From Moniliella sp. 'wahieum' (lineage: Eukaryota): 64,000 nt of DNA. This document shows, one piece after another, positions 1 to 12,582 of the stretch; within the stretch, counting starts at the first letter, position 1; each line of letters starts with the position of its first letter. Below the pieces are notes generated by a model, which did not search any database, was not told where the DNA came from, and worked only from the letters and a program-made list of their open reading frames with translations. The translations under genes and the position numbers were made by a program. The stretch spans positions 372,001-436,000 of the forward strand of contig RSEE01000018.1 of assembly GCA_003971905.1 (NCBI GenBank), written 5' to 3'.

Positions 1-170
1 AGGCCGGCCCAGGTTACGATGGGGTCCGGGCGGTGTGGTGGTGGACGAGGAGGTGGCGCTGGGCGAGCGCGCGATCGGGGTCGGAGGTGCCGCCGCAAGA
101 GCGGCAAGCGCCATGCGGTCGGTGGACGGCGGCGGGGCTGGGGATGGGTGTCGGAGAGGAGAGGCGGCAT
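1..170 (-). CDS. Possible 5' end of a Pro/Ser-rich gene running off the left edge
   Basis: ATG (CAT at 168-170) followed by low-complexity coding-like sequence (MPPLLSDTHPQP...; alternative frame ALAALAAAPPTPIARSPSATSSS). No domain visible. Confidence 0.3.
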   Translation of the reverse strand, partial: MPPLLSDTHPQPRRRPPTAWRLPLLRRHLRPRSRARPAPPPRPPPHRPDPIVTWAG

Positions 171-211
171 GCTGGGCGGGGGGCGGCGGCAGCAGCAGGA
201 GCGGTGGGGAA

Positions 212-280
212 GGCGGTGGCGATGGAATGGCGGTGGAATGGCGGTGGGATGGCGTGGGAATGGCGGTGGGAATGGGATGG
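212..280. repeat. 11-bp minisatellite (GGCGGTGGAAT-like, about 5-6 units) containing GGAATG/CATTCC motifs
   Basis: GGAATG at 224, 235, 257 and 269 and a GGGATG variant at 246. Confidence 0.8.
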
Positions 281-519
281 CGGCGACAGAGAAAAGATGC
301 TGGCGTGGCGATGGATGGATGGGTGGAGAGGGGCAGCGCGCTGCCAACTCCGCCTGGCGGCACGCGGCGGTCCGCGGCGACACGGGGGCAGCATTCTGCG
401 GGCTGCCGCCTGTCGCCCAGCCGCCCAGCGCAGCGCAGCGCAGGGCAGCACCCTGCCGCGCCTGGCCACCAGCCCGCCGCCCCAGACAGCCCCCGTGCCT
501 GGGTGTGAACATGGCTAGT

Positions 520-3470
520 GGCCAGTGAAACTTGCAACCAGCTGTCGCGACTCGTGACGCGTGACGCATGCAAGGGCAGCATCTCATGCATCATGCATGC
601 ATGCTGCTGCTGCGGCTGTGCGGTGCTCCGATACGCTGACACTCACACGCACACTGCTCCAGCAGGCAGGCCGCAGCATCGATCATCCGATCATCTCCCT
701 TGCATGCATGCGTCCAGCTTGCCCTTGCCGTGCTGCAACCAGCACGCGGCAGTGCTGGGGTGTGCTGCGCCCCATCAAGCATCCCATCGCCATGCAATGC
801 ATCATCACCCATCTGATCATGCACCTGCGCTCTGCTGCGCACCCACCGCTCCTCTCAGATCTCAGCACCGACAGCGATCGACACGCCGGAGCAGCGCCAG
901 ACAGCGCCGTTTCCCCGAGGCGGGCTCCGCTGCCAAGGTAGGTGGCCCTGTGCCTGCTGCTCCCAGCCGCGTACCACACAGCAGCGAGCCAAGCCGTCCC
1001 AGCATCGCCGCCACGGGCTGTCGTCGGGCAGCAGCAGCCAACAGCAGCCACATCTGCTGGCTAGGCTCTGGCTATGCTCTGGCTAGCTCTGGCGCTTCCC
1101 CCATCATCGGCCCCGCCGTCCTTAAATTGATGGGGAGTACTGAGTACCCCGATTGAGTACCGAGTTTCATCGGCATCGGCCCTGGCCGTCACGCGTCACG
1201 CGCCATGCACATGTGCGCAGTGCGTCAGTTACATGATACACGCTTACCGGCTTGGGTTTGTGAAACGCATTGTTCGGCTCGACACGAATGACCCAGTGCT
1301 TTGGCGTGAGTACGTGAGTAGATCTTAGCGCTTAGCAGGCTCTAGCAGCCCTAGCGCGGGAGGAAGCGCATGGAGTACGGGTGCCGGTGGCAGTGCGTCT
1401 GGACACCGTCTCCACCCAGCCCCCCGAAGTCCCAGGGCGGTGTGGAGCGGGTGGCGCGGAGCGCAGCCATCGCCATCGGCCATCCATCCATCGATCATCG
1501 ATCATTCAGATCGATCATCAATCATCGATCATCGGCCTCATCGACCACTGACTCATGCATTGATTAGCAGGACCTGGTACATCCGTAGCTAGTACCAGGC
1601 ATATCGCATGGAAATGGCTCCGACCTGCTCCAACCAATTGGAACAACCGCAGCGCTGACTCAAAGTTGAATCAAATGATCGGCTGATTCTAGGGTGACGA
1701 CCGGTGACCGGTGTTCAACGACCGGTGATCACATATGTCTGGAGCTCTTGAAGCTCTTGAAGCTTAGGACTAGCGCTGAGCAGCTCCGCGCTGACTAGCT
1801 CTGAATCAGACTAGTGACTTTCCCAACGTCGCCCTCTGCGGAGCACCGGCAGCACAGCACCAGCCCCGTGTCTGGCTCGCACGCCCAAGGTCTCAGTATA
1901 TTCTCAGTCTGAGAACTCAGTTGCCTGTCTTCAATCTGTATAACGCTCTAGCGCTGTAGCTAGCTTCAAGCTTCAAGCCGCCATCAGCCATCGATAATCA
2001 TGCATCAAGGTGTCAGGCCCTCAGGCCTCAGGCGTGTGGCGCGGTCTGTGGGCTTCCATCTGAAGTTTTTCAGTCGTTCGGACCGTTCAACGTTCAGACG
2101 CCTATGGAATTCAAGACGCCGAGCTCAGGAGACTAACTAAGTACTAATTCGACGACGACCCCGTTAGGACGTTCAACTTGAACGCCAGGCGATCAGACGT
2201 GGACTAGCTTTGCAATTGGGATGGAGCCTCAGCCTGAGGCCCTGGGAGCCAGAGGCGGAGCGAGTGTTCAGCTTGACCAACAGGCTTGTTTGCTTGCTGC
2301 GCGTCACCGGCCGCCGCAGAGGCGCTGCGAAGCTCGAAGCGCCACCATCAAGCTTCAGCCTTCAGCTTGAAGCTTGAAGCTTCCAAGTCCCGGACTTGCT
2401 CTCGTACCGCGTACCTGGACAGGCCTAGGGCCTAGGGCCTGGGCAACGCACATCGGGCCTGACGCCCGAGAGGTAATGATTACCTCGATTACCCACCAGT
2501 CTTTCCCCCAGCCGGCGGTATTTCGGAGGCGAAAACAGGCCGAGCCCCGCCGAACATCGAGCTGACGTTACGGTTACCATTGCATAGTCAGCGCGTCAAC
2601 ACCTTTTGCATTCCGCTCGCCCGTCGGTCATCCATTCGTTGCTTAGCCTAAGCGCTAAGGCTTAGCGCTTAGCGCTTATTACAGCCACACGTCACACACC
2701 ACAGATCACGGATCACGTGGTTTTACGTCACATCAAAAATCCAAACGAAGTAAAATTTAAGGCTGCCAAGTTGAACGTTCACGTTCAACCGAACAGTGTG
2801 ACAATGGTGTGACAGGGCAGGTGACATTGCGACATGCAACTGCCTGTCACGGTGACATTGCAGATCCGGCTATGCACATGGATCGTTGGTGCTGTGCATG
2901 GTCAAGCTCAAGCTGGACGCTGATGCTGATGCAGAGGGCAATGGTTGGAGGAGAGGGGATTATTGGTGTGCGTTGGGCGACCGCCCCCTTGGACACAGTC
3001 TGGACTGGCGGCGACCGGACGAGCTGGCTTGGAAGACCGTGGGAACCGGTGGGGCGTTGCTGTTGTGCTGTTCTGTCCTGCTCTGCCTGGACGCGAGAGC
3101 GGAAGTAAAACCTGGGGGGAACGTTGACGCAAAGGCACAATGCCAATGCCGCTTGGCCCGTGTGCAGGCAGGGAGGCCTGAGGCCTGAGGCCTGTCAAGC
3201 CCAAAACAATGGGCTCCTGGGCGCCACCCGCAGCCAGACAGGCCCCGTGCGTGGGGCCCGTCGCGCGCACCCCCTCATGGCCGCATGCCTGGGGCCTCGC
3301 CTGCTGCCAGCCCCTGGAGTGCCTCCTTGCACAGCGCCCCCTGCTCGTCTTCCCATCCCCGCGTCGCCCCTGCGCCGCCACGCGTCACCGTCACGCGTGA
3401 CACGTCTGGGATTAAGAATGCACTGCTGCGTTTGGTCTCTCTCAGCGCTCAGCCGCGCTGAGGCCTGAGG
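520..3470. repeat. Intergenic region dense in short palindromic 7-bp tandem repeats
   Basis: Examples: ATCGATCATCGATCAT 1490-1505, ACCGGTGACCGGTG 1700-1713, AGCTTGAAGCTTGAAGCTT 2364-2382, GCTTAGCGCTTAGCGCTTA 2660-2678, (AGGCCTG)3 3174-3194. The ORF track is nearly empty from 1570 to 2370. Confidence 0.8.
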
Positions 3471-3594
3471 GTGGATGCGTCCGAGCAGCCGCCATCACCA
3501 CCACCATCTGCCCGCGTCCGCCCATCATCCTCACCATCCCCACCACCATCCCCCCCCACCACCCCTCCCCTCTTCTTCTGCACGCCCAGGCCTA

Positions 3595-6500
3595 ATGGCG
3601 TCTCCCGCCGCCATGCGCGACGGCAAGGCTGCCAAGGTCGTGTACGTCCAGGGCGGGACGTATTTGATGCGATCGTCGCCATGAGCAACCCTGCCCATCC
3701 GCAGCACTCCGTCTACCAGGCCCAGATCGGGCCTCTGCTCACCCCCACCGCCACCAGCCCGCGCTCACCGCCCCGCTCTGGCCCGCGCTCCCACTCTCCT
3801 TCCCACTCCCACTCTCGCTCCCAAGAGCCGTCCCCCTCCCATGCGCAGAAGCGCCACTCCCCCCGTCACCGCTCCAGCCACAGCCCCAACACGCACCCTC
3901 GCTCGCCTCGCGTCTCCCGCGCCCGCGCCGCATCTCCCGCCGTTATGGGTGCGTCCTCTTGGGCGCCGTCGTCGGCCGTCATGGGTGCGTCACAGATGGG
4001 TGCCTCGGTCATGGGTGCCTCGGCGACCGCCAATCACACTGCCGGCTCGTCCGCTGTCCAGTCCCTCGGCCTGCGCAGCGGCTCGGCCCGCGCTACCAGT
4101 GCGACTGGCACCAGTGGTGGGCTCCCCCGCCCGCCCGCCAGTCCTACCATGCGGACACCTCGCCAACGAATGGGGATTGCGGTGAGCGAGGAGCGCTCGA
4201 CCTCTCTCCCCTTCACCCATTCTTCTGGTCTGTCTACCGTAGGCCATGCGACCCAACACACCACCGAGTCCTCCGCCTTCCTCACCATTGAGAACAGCGT
4301 GTCCGCCTTGCCTCCTGCCACGAAGTGCCGACGGAGCAAGAGCGCGACTCGGCGGATGCCCGTTCGGAGCGACACGCCGTCGATCCCAAGCTCCGCCACC
4401 CGCTCCCGCCCTGAATCATCCGATCGTCCAAGTCCAGAACTTCTTCTAGCTCGCGTAAGGTAGCCTCCTCACATGAGCCCAGTCTGTCGGTCCGGCGCAG
4501 CCTCAGAGTCGTCGCCGACTGGCAGGGACGCAATGCGGCATTCGCCTCGCGCTCCTCGGTAGCAGCGCTCTCCGAGGGGCCCCGCTCCTCGCCCCGGCGC
4601 GACGATACTTCCCACACAGGTTCGTCAGACTCATGCGTTGCCTCGTCCCTTTCCGCCGAGGCGCTTGACAAACACGTGTCCCATGCATCGACGCAGTCCA
4701 ATACCAAAACGGGGTCGGGAGCCCGCGGGAGCCGAGCGACCCAGCGCAAGCGGCGGTTGTGGCGCAGGCCAAAGCGAAGGCCCAGAATGTTCAGAAGAGC
4801 AAGGCAGCTCAAGAGGCCCGGCAACCCAGCCCGCCCCTTGTTCGTCCTACTGCCCATAAGGCAAACAAGTCGGCCACCTCGGCGCCCACCCTCGCGCATC
4901 AGTCTTCCATCTTCCTTGCGAGCACTGAAGATGCAACACGGCCACTCCCAGTCGGCCACATTCAATGCCGATCCACTTTGTCTACTCAGTCCCGCCGTTC
5001 GTCAACACGATCAGCCCGGTCTGACGCTAAGAACTCACCTCCAGCAAGTCTTCACAGTGTCCGTTTTTTCCCTAATTCTCGTCATTACTTATGCGCCTTG
5101 CCGTACTGACACCATCTTTTTAGCTCCACCGACACCAATCTCAGTCGTCTACCAAATCGGCTCACTCCGCCGGTACACCTGACTTGGAGAGAACAGTGTC
5201 CACGCCCACACCTGATCTATCCCTGGCAAGGCGGGTGGGCGGCACACGGGACCTACGACTGCGCCATGTCCCGTCGAAGCGATCGGTGCTGACTCGCGCC
5301 TCGTCCCAATCTGGTTCGTCGCACTTGCTGGACGAGTTTGGTAATTCTTCCCAAGCCGAGCCGAGTGGGTTAGATGCCGATGCGGAAAGCACAACCGGAA
5401 CCGACTCCATCAGCGCACCTTATTCTTCGTCCATCGCTCATCCTCACATGGGAGGGGACGATACCTGGTCCCTTACCCCCTCCATCCCCCGGGGTATGGC
5501 ATACGACGAACAACAACACATCTTTGTGATTGCTCCACCTCCCCCACGGGCTCCGCGTCTTCCGCCCTCCACGGTCAGTGGACCGACCCGGAAACAGACG
5601 GGCCCGGCCAAGGCGTTGGCACCTCCACAATACCGACTACTGCCCCGTCGCTTTCCAGTCGCCAAGGGGTGCCGGGACTGTCCGCGCCGCCTCCCATGCC
5701 AATCACTGGCACAGGACAAAGGGCGCCTGTGCCGGCAGAGTCAAGCCACCGTCGTCCCAAGTCCAGTCACACTCATCTCAATTCGGTCGAGCAGCGCTCG
5801 CTCCTAGCCAGCAACGAATACCACATCCCCTCTCGTCTGGATACGGGGCCGGGTCCCGAGCTTTCGAAGACCAATGTGGCAGGTACGCTGCCTGGGGTCT
5901 CGTCCGTCTCGCTGGTACCTGGGATGACAGGCCTCCGACGGAGAGGGTCTGTTCCCGCGGGACCGTCGCCGGTGCGTGCCATGCCACCTCCCCCGCTTCC
6001 GCTGCAGCTCGCGCGGCAATGCCCTCCAACGTCAACCCACCGCAGCACGGGACCGGGGGCAAGATGGCCGAACTTGGGGTCAAACTGCACTTTTTGTCAC
6101 GCTACCCCAAATCGGCCGGCCATGACGCGCCGCTGGCCCGAGCTGGGTGGGACCCGGACAATGGCTATGTAATCATTGACACCCCTCACGGAAATGAGTT
6201 GGTCGACACCCGTTCGCTTCTGTCCCAAGAGCAAAAGCAGCAGGATCAAGTGCACCTTGTTCTCCCCCTCGTCGGGCCAGTGCGCCGCCTGCGCGGGGCG
6301 ATGACGACTTGGTGGAGGACCTGGTCGAGCCGACTGTGCCGGGGCAGAACGGGCAACCCGGCAACGCTGGCCAACCCACGGCCGCTGAGCGGCTGTTGGC
6401 AGCCTACCGTGCAGGCCTTCCTCTGCCTTCGGATTCTGTTCATTCGCTCGTGTCTTCCACCCCTGGCGTCAGCACATCTGCCGTTGCTGCGGCGATCGCG

Positions 6501-9500
6501 GACCATGCCCAACTGGACAACTCAGACGCTCAAGTGATGCAGTCTGCCTTTGAGGATTCCTCCTCCATCGCCTCGGATGCTCTGACAGATGTAGTAGGAG
6601 CTGCCTCGGTGCACGGTCAAGGGCTTGGCTTTTGTGGTCCTGCGGGGGCATGGAAGCAGTCGCTTCTCATGAACTTGTGCAAGCCCGCGCCCCCGCCCAG
6701 CCCCCGCGTTCTCGTTCTCGCTTGGGCTTGCGCCCACGCCCAGCCTCCGCGTTGGGATCAGGGCCGAGAAGAACCTGGAAACCACGAGTTCGGACGCCAA
6801 GGCAGGCAAGGCGAAGCTGTCTTCTTTGGCAGGGCTACGCAAATACCGGAACAAGGGACCTCCTCCGTCGGCATCAGCCGCAGCTGCTGCTGCTGCGGTA
6901 GGAACCCCCTCCGCTTCCATGTTTGCTGCAGCCACAGGCAATGTGGCACCAACGGAGGCGTCTTCCGGCCGCAAAATCGGACGTCGCCGGTCATACTCCG
7001 CAGGGATCCTGGATATTGTTCGCCGCCCTGGGTCAGCAACTGGTTCTCGTCCCACCTCAACAGCGCAGCCGGGTGAAGAGGTGGCTGGCAACGCGTCTCG
7101 CCCACCATCGCGGTCCGGATCGCGTCTGTCCAAGGTCGCTTCCTTCGTTGGGTTCGGCGACTGTCGCATGCCTCGCAAACCCCGTCGGCTACCGCCTCGG
7201 TCAATGTGGCGCACCCTGTCTCCGTTGGCTCCATTGTCGCCCTCGGTCGCCTCGCAGTGCGGCGGCGTCCGTGCATTCTGGTCGGGATGCTTCGGCTGCC
7301 CCTCGGCCGTTACGGATCCATTCCCTTCTTCGTCGGACTGCTTGCCCCATGAAGACGATTCTGGGGTCGCGTCGAGCCGGGAGATGGTCCAGCTGACGAA
7401 CCGGAGACAGGGACAGGTTCGAGTTCGTCTCAGATCCATCTCTCTCCGCAGCAGCGGTCAGGGAACCTTCCCCCAACACCTGTCGGTAGACAGTTTCCTG
7501 GTGTCTACCCCTCTTCCGAGCATGACCCACACCCGATTCGCCTACCGTCCCCAGCTCGCTCGCGATGGCCTCAAGCACAGAGCGTCGCCCCGATTCCCCG
7601 ACGGCCATGGCGACGCCTACGCCTCTCAGTCCCGTGCCGTCGTCGCGCTTGGGTCTGCAGGAGTCCGTGCGGTCTAGCAACGGGTACAGCAGTGCGCTTG
7701 AACCCACCTACTCCCTCGAGCATCGGAACCAGCCATTGTCCTATTCCGACGCGGTGCCCTACGGCCCGACCAACATTACCAATGCCGCGTCCTCGTTCCG
7801 CCGCCGGATACGCTGTTGGGCTGTCGCCGCGCCCGCGCAAGTTGAACACCGCGGCCAGTCAGCGCACCAGCTCGCTGGAGAGCGCTGGTTCTTCGGGTGG
7901 CGCCTCGGTTTCGGAATCGGTGCCATCTCAGGAACAGACGAGCCCAGCCGATCGTCCGAGAAGCACTCGTGCTTCCATTGGCTCGGCCCGCGCTGCTGTT
8001 GTGGCAGCCGCGTTGGCGAGCGAGGTGGCTAGCCTGGCTGAGTCCACCACCTCGTCCCGCCACGGCCCCCGCTCTTCCCCTACGAGGGGTACGGGCCAGC
8101 ACAACGACCAGGTGGAGGAGCTGACTCCTGCGGCGCTACGGTTGCTAGAGGAAGTGTCTCTCAAAGATCGTGGTTCGAGTTTGGCCTCCAGCCTTGCTTC
8201 AGCCGCGCTGGCCCGTCCTGGCAGCCAAGCGTCCGACGGCTCTCGTCAGCGTGGTCCTATGCCTTGCGGATGCACCCGAGCCGTGATGGCCTTCCGGCCG
8301 TCTCGTCGCACGACCGCGCCTCGTCCGAATCACGCCGTAGTTTGTCAGGGAGCCAGTCACGCCCCGCAGCCGTGCCTTGGCTCTTACGGCGCCGCAGGCG
8401 GCGTTTGGGCCTCGCACCACTTCCTTTGCATCCTTTGACCAGGAGATCCTCAACTCGGCCGCCAACTCGGAGGCAGAGGTTGGCCCATCTACTGCACCCT
8501 CGAGGCGCAATGCTCGCCACCCGTCCGGCAACCGTGACTCGTTCTTCTACCGGCCGAAGCCTTGCTGCCGCAGCTGTCGCCTCTAGCTCTTCTGTCCGTC
8601 TCTCGTCTCGGCAACACCATCCTCCCTTCCTCTTCGATCCGTGATTCGGGGAGGAAGAATTCGACCTACGGGTCCTCGGACAGGGCGGGAGATCAGGTGC
8701 CCACGACGCCAGACGCCTTTTCTTCGCACCGCTCCTCTCTCATGTCCGGCTCGACGGACTGGGAAATGGCGCTGTCGGACCCAGAAGCGGACGAAGAGTT
8801 GGTGCGGGAAGAGGAGCTGACCTCGCGCTCTTCCACCCCCCTGGCCTCTGGTTCAGCCTCAACGGGCGTGCCCCCCAGCCCATCCGGCTCAATGGGCTCC
8901 TTTGCTGCGGGTGCCTTCGCTGGGATCCCTGTGGAACAGCGCCGAGATGGGGGCGTCGTTGGCGGTTCGGTAACTGGCTCGCTCCCTGGCCATTCGCGCG
9001 TCATCTCGACCGAGGCGATGGAGGGTGTGGTTTCAGTGGAAGGTATGGAGGGCGTTGTGTCTCTCGAAGGGGTGGAAGACGCGGAAGTCAGCACAATGCC
9101 CACACCAGAGTCGGTGGAGGGGGAAACAACGGTTGTTCCGGTGGAAGTTGGCATGGTACGTGGTCCTCTTGTTTGGCTTGGGCGGGACGGTGTGCATTCG
9201 ACAGCTAACTTGATGACGAACGTGCAGCCTTCTGCAACTGGGTTCTACAACTTGGCTGCCCCTTCACGCTCGATGGGTAACTTGTCGGCTGTCACGGCGC
9301 TGAGCGACCCCACGCGTGTCCTCAGCCGGGCGGGAACGGCCTGGTCGGAGGAGGACTCGGCGCCTGGCTCGCCCCGCACTGTGTCCCCCTCGCCGTTTTA
9401 TTCGGCCGAGAGCCTTTCGCGTTTCTCGTCTCCGGCACTCACACCGCGTTGGGCGCATGCCGCATTGCGTGCGTCCTCCTCCAGCTCCAACCCCCCTCGG

Positions 9501-11430
9501 CCCCAATTCAACTCAAGTCCCACCCGTCCCTTTGTGGCGGATGGTGTCCAAGCACGGGTTACGCCCAGACGGTCCATGCCCATCTTGGGCCGTTCCTCCA
9601 CCTTGAAGGGGGACGCCATGCGGCCGTAGCTGAGGTCTCTTCCGCCGTTGGCTCGCCCTTGAGCTCTGGGTCCCACATTGCTCCCGCAACCCCGCCCCGC
9701 TCCTCTCTTTATAGCCAGTTGTGCCTCTAGCGAGGGCAGTGCCTCTGTTGCTGAAGCGCAGCAAGACCCGGTACGCGGTCCGTTGCGTTCGCTCCTAGCA
9801 GAAGCTGCGCCGGTCACCGTCCCCGTCCTGGACAGCGAGCCGCCACGGGCCTCGGTGGCCAAACGACCTGCGACCGACATGGCCGGTCGTCGACCCATGC
9901 TTCTCCCCCTCACACTTTCGTCGCGCGAACCAGCCCGGCAGGTGCGTCCGGGCGCGCTTCTTCTGCTGCCCTAGCCCGTGCCTCTTCGTCGCTTTCTGCG
10001 ACGGCCAGTGCCGGGGAGCAGGCAGGGGCAATGGAGATCCGGCGGCGGCAAGCCCAGTCGGCGTTGGACCAGCGCTCGTTGGACGCTATGATGTCCCGTC
10101 CCTTGTCAGGGACACGGATGCGCTCGCCGTTGCCTGCTTGGGGCACGTCGGGGGCGGCGGGACGCGCGTCGCGGGCTTCCTTGCCGCCGTCGGCACGGAC
10201 TGCCTCGCGCGCTTCCAGCACCGAAGACGAGGTGGACATGCTGGCATTGCGCATGGCTGAGTGGTACGGGACGGGCGCGTATGTGTTCCAGCAGCGGCAG
10301 ACGCAGCAAGGCCGCCGCCCGACCCGGTCCGGTCGGGCTACCTTGACGTACCATCGTTCGGCCGAGCCCGAGTCGGGCGTATCGGGTGCGTCGGACGGGA
10401 GCGCCGTGGGCCGCGCACGCGGCTACCAGTCCGACCAGGGCGCCGGCGCGCCCACGGATGCGGCGCTGTGGTCCGGCCCGTTAGGCAAGCGGTATTCCTT
10501 GCAGCAGGCCCCTCCGTCCACCGCCACCGCCCACGGCCGTCGCTGGTCCTCCGCCATGGGGCACGGGACGACAGGGACAACGCTGCTGGATTCGGCTGCG
10601 GGCGAGAAGGGTCCAGTGGGCAATGCGTTCTCCCACGCATCCAACGCGGCTGCCCGGCGCGCCTCGCTGCTCCCGCCGCGTGCCCGCAGTGCTACGCCCG
10701 CCAGCCGGGCTATGGACCGCGCGAGTATGTCGTCGGCGGGAAGTGCGCATGGAGGCCTGCTTCCCCTCACGCTCGTCCAAAGTACCGCCCCGCTGCAGCA
10801 GGCGCTGAGCCAGACTTACTTGCCCACAATGCGCGGCGACACCGTATGAGTCTTTCGTTGCCTCCGTCGGCTGTTGCGCAACGGCCTCTGGCAGTGCCGC
10901 TCACACGGTCTCGACCCTCTCTCCCACCCGGTGGTGTTAAGTGAGTCGGAGGCCTTCACCACCACACCGGCCACGACGCCTACGCAGTCCATGCGTGCCA
11001 TTCGGGCCCCCATGGCAGGCCATGGCTCTATGGGCTCTCTGGCTTCGCTTACCAGCCCCCCCTACCCCAGCCGCCCGGGAGGCAACCTTTCTCCGATCAA
11101 CACCACTACCCTTCCTTGCCCCACGCCCGGATCGGCAACATCTGCCACGCGCGTGTCTGCCCCTCCGTCCGCCTGGGCGCGCTGAGGGACAACGAACCAA
11201 GCAAGGTGTCTACCTCTCCTCTGCCTCCTTCTCTAGGGGTATCCGAAGCCAAGGAGGATACGGAACCGGTGGCTGCATCTTCTGGGAAACCTTCGCCCTT
11301 GACCCCCTCTACGCCGTCCAACCCGGCGCTTGCTGCGGAGCAAGTGGCCGCCTCGGCCTCGGCCGCTGTCTTCCGCCGTCGGGCGGAGCGGCAGTCCGCC
11401 GGCCTCGTTGCCCATACATTCCTTCCCTGT
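3595..11430 (+). CDS. Very large Ser/Pro/Arg-rich, probably disordered hypothetical protein (roughly 2500 aa when frames are stitched)
   Basis: ATG at 3595 (MASPAAMRDGKAAKVVYVQG) and a chain of overlapping + strand ORFs of uniform S/P/A/R-rich composition (3471-4463, 4759-5109, 5184-5807, 6309-7076, 7692-8438, 8562-9629, 10031-10849, 10874-11185). One clear intron at about 5059-5123 (CTGAC...TTTTTTAG). Pyrimidine-rich 3' region after 11430. Could be two genes. Confidence 0.55.
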
Positions 11431-12582
11431 GATGATCATCCCTTATATCCTCCCACCCCCAATCCTTTTGGGCCTGCCCTTTGTGCCTGTGCTGCCCGCT
11501 GCGTACCCATCTTGACTGCCACTTTGCTTCTTCTTTGTCGGCTCTGGCCGGGCTGCCCCAGCACCATCTTCCTTTCTTTTCCCCACCGTCCGTGCACGGT
11601 GGGGGGGGGGGAATGTGTGTGGTTGGGCGGCCCGGGTGCCATCTGTATATCTTTTTCTTCATCTCCCACCTGCCTGCTGCCTCTTTCCCTTTGCCACCCG
11701 AAACTGCGTCCTTCCTCCTCTTCCCCATCTACCCACCAACTCACCCTTGTATTTACCTGTGCCTCACCTTCGCTATCTTATCCCGGAACCATTCCAGTGG
11801 GCAGGGCAGATACCGGTATAGATGGAATCGTAGACAAAAAAAGGGTACGCCAGTGGGTACCCGGTTAACCCGCCCTGGCGGAAAAAGGGAGAGATGGACA
11901 GTGCATGGGTCGGAGAGAGCAAAGATCGCGTCCCCTCCCTGTCAGAGAAGATCTAGGTCACTCAGTCTTTGATGAGATCCGGAGTCCTGATGATGGTCAG
12001 TGGTCTAAGCGAACCAGCAACGCCTACATAGTAGGAACATCAAGCAGCCCGTCGCCACCGGAGTCTAGGCTGCGGAACAAAGAAAGAAACAGAAGCGAGA
12101 AAACAACGGAACTCCTATGGCCTGGGGAGAGACTGAAGGGGCGTTGACCACTACGAGCCACCGGCGGCGGCTCAACATTTTTCGCTTTGAAAAGGGAAGT
12201 GATGTAGGTGGGCGCTTTTCTTCATTCCCAGCACACTGGCCAAATGGACGTCGAGCAAGCGTCCCGATCCCAGGGCTGCACCCCCGATGCAAAGAGACAC
12301 ACGACGGACCAAAAATAGAAAGAAATGAGATTGGCTGTAGAAACAAAGTGGCTTATGGAAAGATCACATGCAGTTCGTATCGAATGGTGGGATGGGGTTT
12401 GGGGAAAAAAGGGGGAAATGGCAAAATCGGTGCACCAAGGGGAGGGAAGAAAGGAAGCAAATGGGATACAATGTATGATAGCTAGGCCAGATGGGAGCAA
12501 GGAGAAGGTATGAGAAACGGAGTGGAGGGAGGGTCAGAGGCAGAGGATGGAGGGCAAACACAGGATAGAAGAGCTCAAAAGG

